DNA of 52,193 nt from a virus (lineage: Duplodnaviria; Caudoviricetes). Both the position numbers and the translations under genes were made by a program. The notes beneath the pieces were generated by a model. That model was not told the origin of the DNA and did not search any database. It was given only the letters and a program-made list of their open reading frames with translations. The stretch is from IMG/VR virus record IMGVR_UViG_3300027863_000004, positions 1-52,193 of that record; one strand, given 5' to 3'. Position 1 is the stretch's first letter, and each line of letters begins with the position of its first letter. Below are positions 37,102-43,958 of the stretch, piece after piece.

Positions 37102-37334
37102 CTTGTCAAGTTGACTGTGATAGCGTAGGTAAGTTGTATGATGTATGGCGTGACAGTGAATTTGTGACTTCTGCGTATATCTGCCCTCGCTGCGCTGCTT
37201 CTCTGCGTAGCGAAGGGTATATACTGGAGGAGGTGATAAGCGATGACGCTGGTAGAGTGGACTGTATGGGCGTTGGAGGTGAAGAGAAGGTTCAGCAAAG
37301 GGTTGGAAAGGAGAGCGTTGGAAGTAAAACTTAA
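37098..37334 (+). CDS. Small Cys-rich protein
   Basis: SD GGAGGTG; CQVDC...CPRC. Confidence 0.5.
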   Translation: MTCQVDCDSVGKLYDVWRDSEFVTSAYICPRCAASLRSEGYILEEVISDDAGRVDCMGVGGEEKVQQRVGKESVGSKT

Positions 37335-37461
37335 CAAATCCGCCGTAACTGACGCAGACCTTGTAGGTGCGGTGAAGAGGACGCTCAATGATATGGAAGC
37401 TGAAATCGTCGCGCTTTTCCTTTCCAACATAGACATAGACGACACATACGCACATACATAG
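37243..37461 (+). CDS. Hypothetical protein
   Basis: Strong SD GGAGGAGGTG. Confidence 0.6.
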   Translation: MTLVEWTVWALEVKRRFSKGLERRALEVKLNKSAVTDADLVGAVKRTLNDMEAEIVALFLSNIDIDDTYAHT

Positions 37462-37470
37462 GCATACAAA

Positions 37471-37586
37471 AGCGCCATGTTCCAGCGCCTGCCAGAAGAG
37501 TTAGGTCGTTGAAGGTTGCTTCTGGTAGGACGGAACATGGCGCTGTTTTTTTTGAGATTGGATTATCATTCTTTGTGTTTTATGAG
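37471..37586 (+). promoter_or_regulatory. Hairpin terminator followed by promoter-like TTGGAT-N17-TATGAG
   Basis: agcgccatgttcc/ggaacatggcgct stem, T8, motif at 37558-37586. Confidence 0.7.
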
Positions 37587-37619
37587 CATACCTAAACACA
37601 ACATAAAGGAGGGGCGTCT

Positions 37620-37856
37620 ATGGCAAAGGAGTTGCGTTCTTTATTGTTGGATGAGATAGTCGAAGAACTAACCAAACATGCGGCACCTCTGTATGAGGGC
37701 GAGGATTACAAGGTGCCGCTATGGGTCCTCTTGTATCTCGAGGACGTCCAAAAGGTGTTGGGAGACGTTCTGGAGGCCGCCCTGACGGCGGCCTGTGAGC
37801 ATCACAGGTTTGCCGACAGGGTGCGAAGGGCTTTCTACGTCCTGAAGGTTGAGTAA
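37620..37856 (+). CDS. Hypothetical protein
   Basis: SD AAGGAGG. Confidence 0.65.
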   Translation: MAKELRSLLLDEIVEELTKHAAPLYEGEDYKVPLWVLLYLEDVQKVLGDVLEAALTAACEHHRFADRVRRAFYVLKVE

Positions 37857-37877
37857 AAACAACGGAGGTGAGGTATT

Positions 37878-38084
37878 ATGGGCGTTATAGTAGTAGTGAC
37901 GGGAACTGTAGCGGGTATATCCACCGCCATGGCGATTGGAGGGTTGCTTACCTTCAACGCCTGTAGGGCGGTGGGGAAAGACGGCACTCTCCTATCGAAC
38001 ATAGCAGCGTTGATGACAGTGATAGGCGTAGTGGGTATGCTGTTATCAACGCTGGCTTTGAATATATTAATACTCCTTAGATGA
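37878..38084 (+). CDS. Small two-TM membrane protein
   Basis: Two hydrophobic stretches; SD GGAGGTG. Confidence 0.65.
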   Translation: MGVIVVVTGTVAGISTAMAIGGLLTFNACRAVGKDGTLLSNIAALMTVIGVVGMLLSTLALNILILLR

Positions 38085-38160
38085 TGTATTTGGAGTAACT
38101 ACACGACGGCGCGGGGCACAAACCCCGCGCCGAATCTACAATCGCAAGGAGGTGAGAGAG

Positions 38161-38376
38161 ATGGTGTTTGAAATCCTTGTCGCCGCCGTGAGGCGGTGGA
38201 AGAAGGCGCTGGAATTCCTCTTTCCGTGCGGAGAAGAACAAAAAGTTGCAAGAATGTGCGTCTTAGCGCTTGTGGCGGAGCTCGCGCGCGAACTCCAAGT
38301 TGCAGGCATTGTCGTCGACGAACTTGAGTTTGTCGACGCTTGTCTGCAAGATGAACCCATACATAGCGGGACATAG
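38161..38376 (+). CDS. Hypothetical protein
   Basis: SD AAGGAGGTG. Confidence 0.55.
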   Translation: MVFEILVAAVRRWKKALEFLFPCGEEQKVARMCVLALVAELARELQVAGIVVDELEFVDACLQDEPIHSGT

Positions 38377-38397
38377 ACAATACCGCCACAGGCTATA

Positions 38398-38498
38398 AGC
38401 GCCATGTTTTGGCTTGCCAGCGTGGGTTACATCGCTGGCAAGTCGGAACATGGCGCTGTTTTTTTGAGATTGGATTATCATTTACCATTTATTATGAG
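38398..38498 (+). promoter_or_regulatory. Hairpin terminator followed by promoter-like TTGGAT-N17-TATGAG (near copy of the 37471 element)
   Basis: 38444-38482 matches 37531-37570 except for one T. Confidence 0.7.
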
Positions 38499-38525
38499 GG
38501 CGTAAGTAAAAAGGAGGTGAGAGCG

Positions 38526-38672
38526 ATGGCGAAAACGAAGGCAAGGAAGACGAAGACGAAGAAGGAACGTGAGCGTGCCTCGCGTGAGCTGCGTGAATTG
38601 CAGCGCTTAATTAATATCGCGTTCGCCGCCAGGTTGAACGCCTGGCGGCGGATGTTGAACGGCAGGAGGTGA
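38526..38672 (+). CDS. 48-aa basic protein
   Basis: SD AAGGAGGTG; MAKTKARKTKTKKERERASRELREL... Confidence 0.6.
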   Translation: MAKTKARKTKTKKERERASRELRELQRLINIAFAARLNAWRRMLNGRR

Positions 38673-38696
38673 TGAGGTGACGCCGTCGCCCACCTT

Positions 38697-38735
38697 AATG
38701 GCGCTCAAGCTTATCATAGCTTGGGCGCCATTTTT
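38697..38735 (+). terminator. Rho-independent terminator
   Basis: aatggcgctcaagct / agcttgggcgccatt followed by a T-tract. Confidence 0.7.
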
Positions 38736-38852
38736 ATTTCACATAATCACATATCGCCACATATCGCCACATAATGTCGTGTTAGAGTGTAAGTGTGCGC
38801 TTGTGCTCTGTTTTTTTATGTAGCCACATACTTCCCAACCGAGCGCCATTAG

Positions 38853-38911
38853 GCGCTTACACTCGCGCTAATGTGCATGTAATGTTGGCGCGAGTGTAGG
38901 CGCGTTTTTTT
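38853..38911 (+). terminator. Rho-independent terminator-like long hairpin
   Basis: gcgcttacactcgcgctaa / ttggcgcgagtgtaggcgc followed by T7. Confidence 0.7.
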
Positions 38912-38942
38912 GTCACAAAGTTGTGCGGTGCTGTCAGGGTAA

Positions 38943-38992
38943 TTGAAATTGCATGCAGAATATGTTATGGAGTGAACTAATTCACTCCATAA
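38943..38992 (+). promoter_or_regulatory. Promoter-like motif TTGAAA-N17-TATGGA overlapped by a 12-bp inverted repeat
   Basis: ttatggagtgaa-ctaa-ttcactccataa (38965-38992). Confidence 0.6.
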
Positions 38993-39008
38993 TCCTAATC
39001 TTAGGAGG

Positions 39009-39359
39009 GTGATGGATATGGAGAAGATGCCGTTACCGAGCATAGAGGAAATTGCTAAGGCTGTAACACGGATTTTCCCCGAATGTGAGTGGGAGGATGC
39101 CGTTTCAACCGCAAAACTGATACTGCAATCAAAGAGGTTGAGGCATGTATGGGAAACTGAGGAATATCTGGTAGAACAAGCAAGGAAAATAAAACCTGCA
39201 ACAACAGTCAATGAAATGTGGCAGTTGCGACTTACCAACGCTTCGAATGCACAACAGTTCAGGCTTGGTTTAGTCCTTACACCAAGGACGCAGCGAACGC
39301 CAAAGAGGTCACCGCTCGCTAAATATGGTAAGATAGCCAACCCACAGCAAGATAGCTAA
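39009..39359 (+). CDS. Hypothetical protein
   Basis: SD AGGAGGG; flanked by its own promoter-like motif and terminator. Confidence 0.65.
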   Translation: MMDMEKMPLPSIEEIAKAVTRIFPECEWEDAVSTAKLILQSKRLRHVWETEEYLVEQARKIKPATTVNEMWQLRLTNASNAQQFRLGLVLTPRTQRTPKRSPLAKYGKIANPQQDS

Positions 39360-39365
39360 CCCCCC

Positions 39366-39407
39366 AAATGACAGGGTAACCAAATTGGTTACCCTGTCAT
39401 TTTTTTT
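39366..39407. terminator. 37-bp near-perfect palindrome with T-tract
   Basis: aaatgacagggtaaccaa-a-ttggttaccctgtcattt. Confidence 0.7.
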
Positions 39408-39536
39408 GCTATTTTGTGCCATTGTGCTATGCCATAAGCTATGTGCCATTGTGCTATTTTTTTTGTGCCATCCATTGTGCCACAAAATTGCCAAACCTTG
39501 TGACGCGTGACAAAGTTGGCGCGCCAGTTGTGCCAA
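39408..39536. repeat. TGTGC(C/T)A iteron-like repeat cluster
   Basis: tgtgccattgtgctat occurs twice, with further tgtgcca copies, in non-coding DNA. Confidence 0.7.
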
Positions 39537-39689
39537 GCCCCATGCCCCGCCCCCTGCAGAGCTACTTCCCACACCATCGCCTTTCATTTTATACTCCTCC
39601 CACTCTTTTTGTCAATTGGGTCACTCAAATTAGGGGTATTATGAGGAAAATTCAAGGGGCGCATGCATGTATTACATGCACTTTTGTTT

Positions 39690-40202
39690 TTAGTTCACAC
39701 TTTGTGGCAAGTTGGGGTATGGAAACTTCATTTGGTTTGCTCTAATTGTGTCAAGTTCTATGTTATGGAGTTCTTCTTGTGATGGTTTTTTGAGCACGAT
39801 ATAGCGTATGACTTTTCCATACACTTGGAAGGCTGAGACCCAACCGTAGTATCGGCTATCGTAAGAGAATGGGTGTTCGCCGAGCACCCAGATTTTGTCA
39901 CCTTGTTTAGCGACCACTCTTTTGACGATGTGCAAGATTTTGTCGCCGTCGGTAATTCTCACATCAACCAAGTCACCGATTTTGATGTCTTCAATGTCTT
40001 TATAACTTTCAAAGTGATATCGTTTCAAAAGTGCGATACTGAATGCACCCAATGTTTTATACATTGAAAGTCCGCGCGCTAAAACTGGTGTGTAATGGTA
40101 ATCCATGATTAGAGTAAAGGAGCATGACAAAGCAAGGCAAATACAAAACAAGACAATTTTGCGTTTTATTCTCACATACTCGTTTCTACTCATTTCCTTC
40201 AA
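39690..40202 (-). CDS. S26 (signal peptidase I-like) Ser-Lys peptidase
   Basis: N-terminal TM, GLSMYKTL (catalytic Ser), IVKRVVA (catalytic Lys), and SYDSRYYG. Confidence 0.85.
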   Translation of the reverse strand: MKEMSRNEYVRIKRKIVLFCICLALSCSFTLIMDYHYTPVLARGLSMYKTLGAFSIALLKRYHFESYKDIEDIKIGDLVDVRITDGDKILHIVKRVVAKQGDKIWVLGEHPFSYDSRYYGWVSAFQVYGKVIRYIVLKKPSQEELHNIELDTIRANQMKFPYPNLPQSVN

Positions 40203-40467
40203 CCTTCTTACTTAAAAATTGCCTAACGATATCTTCAACTGCCTGTCTACCCGCGAATGCGGCGCTGAATGCGATAATTGGGGATTGGTCAACGATGATG
40301 CCAAGTATGATACCGAGCACCAAGTCACTTAGGAAGCCGAGTGCGATTTTATGTCCTTTTCTTTTTGGCAGTTCAATGAAGCCAGAGATGCAAGCTCTTG
40401 CAATTGCGCCAGCAGCACCAGCGAGTGCGAAGATGAGTGTCTTGCTTGCAAGCACTGTATGTAACAT
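40186..40467 (-). CDS. Small multi-TM membrane protein, holin candidate
   Basis: Three hydrophobic segments and a basic C-terminus. Confidence 0.5.
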   Translation of the reverse strand: MLHTVLASKTLIFALAGAAGAIARACISGFIELPKRKGHKIALGFLSDLVLGIILGIIVDQSPIIAFSAAFAGRQAVEDIVRQFLSKKVEGNE

Positions 40468-40481
40468 ACCACATCACCGTT

Positions 40482-40766
40482 TTAGTAGATGATGAGCCAG
40501 TCCAAGGCTCGGCACATTGCAAGAGCCACCAACAGGTTGAGTTGGCGCTCCTTTAGTGTTATTCCTTTCCTGTGCAGTAGTAGTGAGATATTGTATTTTG
40601 CAAGTGCGCATTCATGTTCAAAGCACCGTGTCTTATACAATGCCCACAAGGCTGCTGTAATGACTTTTCGTGCAAAGAGTTTACTTTCCTTCCAGCTCAT
40701 CCCACTATTCATGTGCACCAACAGTGTGATGAGCGTCTCATTTACCAATTCTTTCCAAAACTTCAT
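40482..40766 (-). CDS. Paralogue of the adjacent LL-H-holin-like protein
   Basis: KGITLKERQLNLLVALA resembles KGKQLTKRQINLAVELAV. Confidence 0.5.
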   Translation of the reverse strand: MKFWKELVNETLITLLVHMNSGMSWKESKLFARKVITAALWALYKTRCFEHECALAKYNISLLLHRKGITLKERQLNLLVALAMCRALDWLIIY

Positions 40767-41031
40767 GGAAGATATTCACCGCCAACTCAACAGCAAGGTT
40801 GATTTGGCGCTTCGTAAGTTGTTTGCCCTTTTCTTTGAGCAATGCCTCAAGCGCCTTCTTCGCTTCTTCAAACTTTTGTGCATTTGTATACGGCTTCTTG
40901 TCAAGTTGCTCCACAATCGCAAGTAACACATCTTTTAGGTCACCGACTAAGTATTCAAGTGACCTTTCCATGTAGCGTCTGAGGAAGTATTTTTCAATTG
41001 ACTTGAACACTTTCTTAAGCGTCATTTTCAT
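40738..41031 (-). CDS. LL-H-family holin-like protein
   Basis: KFEEAKKALEALLKEKGKQLTKRQINLAVELAV resembles the LL-H holin C-terminal motif; the TM segment is weak. Confidence 0.5.
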   Translation of the reverse strand: MKMTLKKVFKSIEKYFLRRYMERSLEYLVGDLKDVLLAIVEQLDKKPYTNAQKFEEAKKALEALLKEKGKQLTKRQINLAVELAVNIFHEVLERIGK

Positions 41032-41299
41032 CGCCTCCTGATGGCAATGGTATGATTATCTCATCTGGTGTCACAATCATGAACTCATGTTCACCAATGA
41101 AGCCAAGCTTTTTAGCAGAATGCATCGTCAATTTGGCAGCATATACGAATATCGTGCCATAAAATTGCACTCTAACCCAATCAACGATTTCGTCAACGAT
41201 GTATGCCATAAACAAGTCCCATGTGAATTTAATCTCGCTCCATATTCTCTTCAACAGTGACATCAATGACACCTTCCTTTTTCTTCTCTCGTGCGCCAC
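41015..41299 (-). CDS. Hypothetical protein with hydrophobic segment
   Basis: ORF in the leftward operon. Confidence 0.5.
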   Translation of the reverse strand: MAHERRKRKVSLMSLLKRIWSEIKFTWDLFMAYIVDEIVDWVRVQFYGTIFVYAAKLTMHSAKKLGFIGEHEFMIVTPDEIIIPLPSGGDENDA

Positions 41300-41759
41300 C
41301 TGATTGTAGTATTTTGAACCGAAGCACCGTTTGTTGCAAATCTGTTGTGCCTTGATAGCATGGATGGCGTGCTTGCAAGAACTTTATCGCTGCAGTAGTG
41401 TCGTCTTGCAATGCACGCTCAATGAGCTTGCGCTCTATCCTGAGCGCCCAAAAGTCAAAATAGTTCCTGATGGCTTGCGCAACCTCAGGGTAGATTTGCA
41501 CAAGCTCATCTATGTCCGATTTAGATATACCATACTCTTGCATGATGTCATCAAGGAAGAAGCCCTTCCTTAACCCTCCTATGATGACATCACGCGCTTC
41601 TTCTTTTGTTAAAGCGCATTTTGTATTGGCGAGTGCCAGCCCAACTTCAATCTTGCTTACACACGAACACGCTTCTTTGGAAGGAGCTTGTTCGGACCCT
41701 TCCCGCCCTTTGAGGCTACCTTCTTCTCTTTCGGTGAGCACTTCTTCTTCGGCATGCAT
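41229..41759 (-). CDS. terS: Terminase small subunit-like HTH protein
   Basis: HTH (IMQEYGISKSDI..YPEVAQAI) followed by IERKLIERAL..DTTAAIKFL, a common TerS pattern; SD GGAGGG on the minus strand. Confidence 0.6.
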   Translation of the reverse strand: MHAEEEVLTEREEGSLKGREGSEQAPSKEACSCVSKIEVGLALANTKCALTKEEARDVIIGGLRKGFFLDDIMQEYGISKSDIDELVQIYPEVAQAIRNYFDFWALRIERKLIERALQDDTTAAIKFLQARHPCYQGTTDLQQTVLRFKILQSGGAREKKKEGVIDVTVEENMERD

Positions 41760-41804
41760 GCTCTCCCTCCTTTGCGTTACACTTAGATTAAGGGTGATGA
41801 AACA

Positions 41805-42596
41805 ATGCTTATGCTCACTGACATTGACAGCCTAAAGCGCTTCCTCATGAATGCAAGTATAGCGCAACTACAGCAACTTGTAAAGCAGTCAAAGACACAA
41901 ACATGGATTGTCCATGCGCTACTTGTTGATGCAATTGATAACCGCGACGATATAGACGAGGAACAGAAGAAGAAGTTGCTTCATGAGGTTGGCTCACGCT
42001 ACAAGCTCTATCAACTGCGCGTCGTCTACAAAGTCTTTGGTGCAATACCAGAGAGCTACAGTGCACCAATGACATCGCTCTTTTGTTTGCACATGTTATG
42101 TCCTGATGAGCCACCTGAGAAGCTTATTCCATACGCTTACATGAAGACTTCGGCGCACTGGACAAAACTCTATAGGCAATATCGGTGTGCTGCTAAGCAA
42201 AAGCTCACTATCAGTGACATTGAAGCAACATTAGATGGGTTTGTGAAGACGACAAGGAGCGTAGCAATTTCAAGGCAACACCTTGCCGACCTTATTATCA
42301 CTTCATTTAACACGCCACTTTCGTTCGCCTCATTTATTGCCTATGTTGTGTTCAAAATGCGTGACAAATTGCGTGAATGTGGGTATAGCACATTAACAGC
42401 GTCGCAACTTTGGGTGCTCATTACAAGGCGCATCTTGATTGAGAAGGTGAACTTGGTTGGTGTGAAGATTGAAATTGACGATAGCATTTGGGATGACATT
42501 GAGGCGATAATAGAAGCGACCGCTGAAAGGAAATTGAACACATTCAATGGAAAGCCACTGGAGGTGTATGCACAAGATGATGCAGAAGGAGATTGA
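41805..42596 (+). CDS. Hypothetical protein, first gene of the late operon
   Basis: 263-aa ORF overlapping terL. Confidence 0.6.
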   Translation: MLMLTDIDSLKRFLMNASIAQLQQLVKQSKTQTWIVHALLVDAIDNRDDIDEEQKKKLLHEVGSRYKLYQLRVVYKVFGAIPESYSAPMTSLFCLHMLCPDEPPEKLIPYAYMKTSAHWTKLYRQYRCAAKQKLTISDIEATLDGFVKTTRSVAISRQHLADLIITSFNTPLSFASFIAYVVFKMRDKLRECGYSTLTASQLWVLITRRILIEKVNLVGVKIEIDDSIWDDIEAIIEATAERKLNTFNGKPLEVYAQDDAEGD

Positions 42597-43956
42597 GCTA
42601 ACACCGAAGCAGGCAATGTTTGTGCAGGCACGCCAGCCTGTGTGCATTTACATTGGTGGATGGCGTGCTGGAAAGACTTTTGCAGGGTGCTGTAAGGTGC
42701 TCCATTACATCTTACAAAATCCAGGTGCATGTGTCTTAGTGGGCAGGAAGACATACAGGGAGCTATATGATACAACGCGTGCAACATTTATGCAAATCCT
42801 ACCACCTGACTGGCTCAAGATGTATAAGCACTCAGAAGATAAAGCGGTGATACAGCCAAGTCGTGATGACCCACCTTCAATTGTCCTTTTCAGGGCGCTG
42901 GATGAGTTTCAAAAGTTTGGCTCACTTGAGCTTGCAGCATGCTATATTGATGAAGCCACTGAGTTCAAAGACGATAGCATTTTCAACTTCCTCATGGGTA
43001 GGTTGAGCCAGCGTGGCTACCCACCACAAATATGGCTCACCGCTAACCCTGCATCACCAACACATTGGCTCTATGAACGCTTTGTGAGCAGAGCTGGCGG
43101 CAGGGATGTGTATGAGGATGAGGAGCTATTCTTTTGTCGCTCACGCACTGTTGAAAACCCATTCATAGACCCTGCCTATATTGAGCTACAGTTGAAACAG
43201 ATGCCAGCTAAGTGGCGTCAAAGATACTTAGAAGGTGATTGGGTTGAGCTTGAAGGCTATGAGCCAATCTTTCCCGAATACAACGAGGAGCATCGTGCAC
43301 ACAATTTAAGGGTGAGCCTCGCAGTGCCACTTTACCGAGGTTGGGACATTGGGCATGCACATCCTGCATGTGTGATTGCACAATGGCTTCCTGTGGCACA
43401 AAAGTTCAATGTGCTGTGGGCTGAGGTGCAGTCACACATGTGGATGGGCGACTTCCTTAAGTATGTTGAAACTGTGACACATGTCCTTATGAGTGAGGCA
43501 TTAGCTAATGCAGACCCAACTTCAGTAGTATGGGGCGCACGCTTTTCAATCATTGATGTTGCAGGGCATGATGCAAAAGCTCATTATCCAACTTCGGACA
43601 AAAGCGTCATTGAAATCTTTCGTGAGCATGGTATAACACTTCATACAGTGTATTCTAACATGCTTGATAGAGTGCGAGCAATGCACGAACTTCTAAGCAA
43701 ACGCTCAAGAGAAGGTGGGGCAATGTTGCAAGTTGATGTTGAGCGCGCTAAAATAATTGACGATGGCTTTCGTGGTGGGTATTCTTGGAAGCCCACCGAT
43801 ACTGGAGAATTGAAAGTTGACACAAGGCATATTAGCGTTCATGCTATGGACGCGTTGGGTTTTATCATTCTTAAGGCGATGCCTTGGACATTGCGTGGCA
43901 CACAATCATCAGTGCCATTGATTGATGTGCCATCGCCAACATATGGGGTGATTTAA
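42577..43956 (+). CDS. terL: Terminase large subunit
   Basis: LTPKQ, GGWRAGKT Walker A, YIDEA Walker B, LTANP, ENPFI, GWDIG nuclease Asp, and HAMDALG. Confidence 0.95.
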   Translation: MMQKEIELTPKQAMFVQARQPVCIYIGGWRAGKTFAGCCKVLHYILQNPGACVLVGRKTYRELYDTTRATFMQILPPDWLKMYKHSEDKAVIQPSRDDPPSIVLFRALDEFQKFGSLELAACYIDEATEFKDDSIFNFLMGRLSQRGYPPQIWLTANPASPTHWLYERFVSRAGGRDVYEDEELFFCRSRTVENPFIDPAYIELQLKQMPAKWRQRYLEGDWVELEGYEPIFPEYNEEHRAHNLRVSLAVPLYRGWDIGHAHPACVIAQWLPVAQKFNVLWAEVQSHMWMGDFLKYVETVTHVLMSEALANADPTSVVWGARFSIIDVAGHDAKAHYPTSDKSVIEIFREHGITLHTVYSNMLDRVRAMHELLSKRSREGGAMLQVDVERAKIIDDGFRGGYSWKPTDTGELKVDTRHISVHAMDALGFIILKAMPWTLRGTQSSVPLIDVPSPTYGVI

Positions 43957-43958
43957 AA

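Noticed and set aside
39366-39402. Protelomerase (telRL) site
   Set aside because: No protelomerase gene recognised; the palindrome follows a stop codon and has a T-tract, consistent with a terminator.
32783-39690. CRISPR or TIGR-like guide array, or a true integron
   Set aside because: No constant-length repeat-spacer periodicity, no recognisable Cas, Nop-domain or tyrosine recombinase gene, and no attC RYYYAAC/GTTRRRY ends noted.
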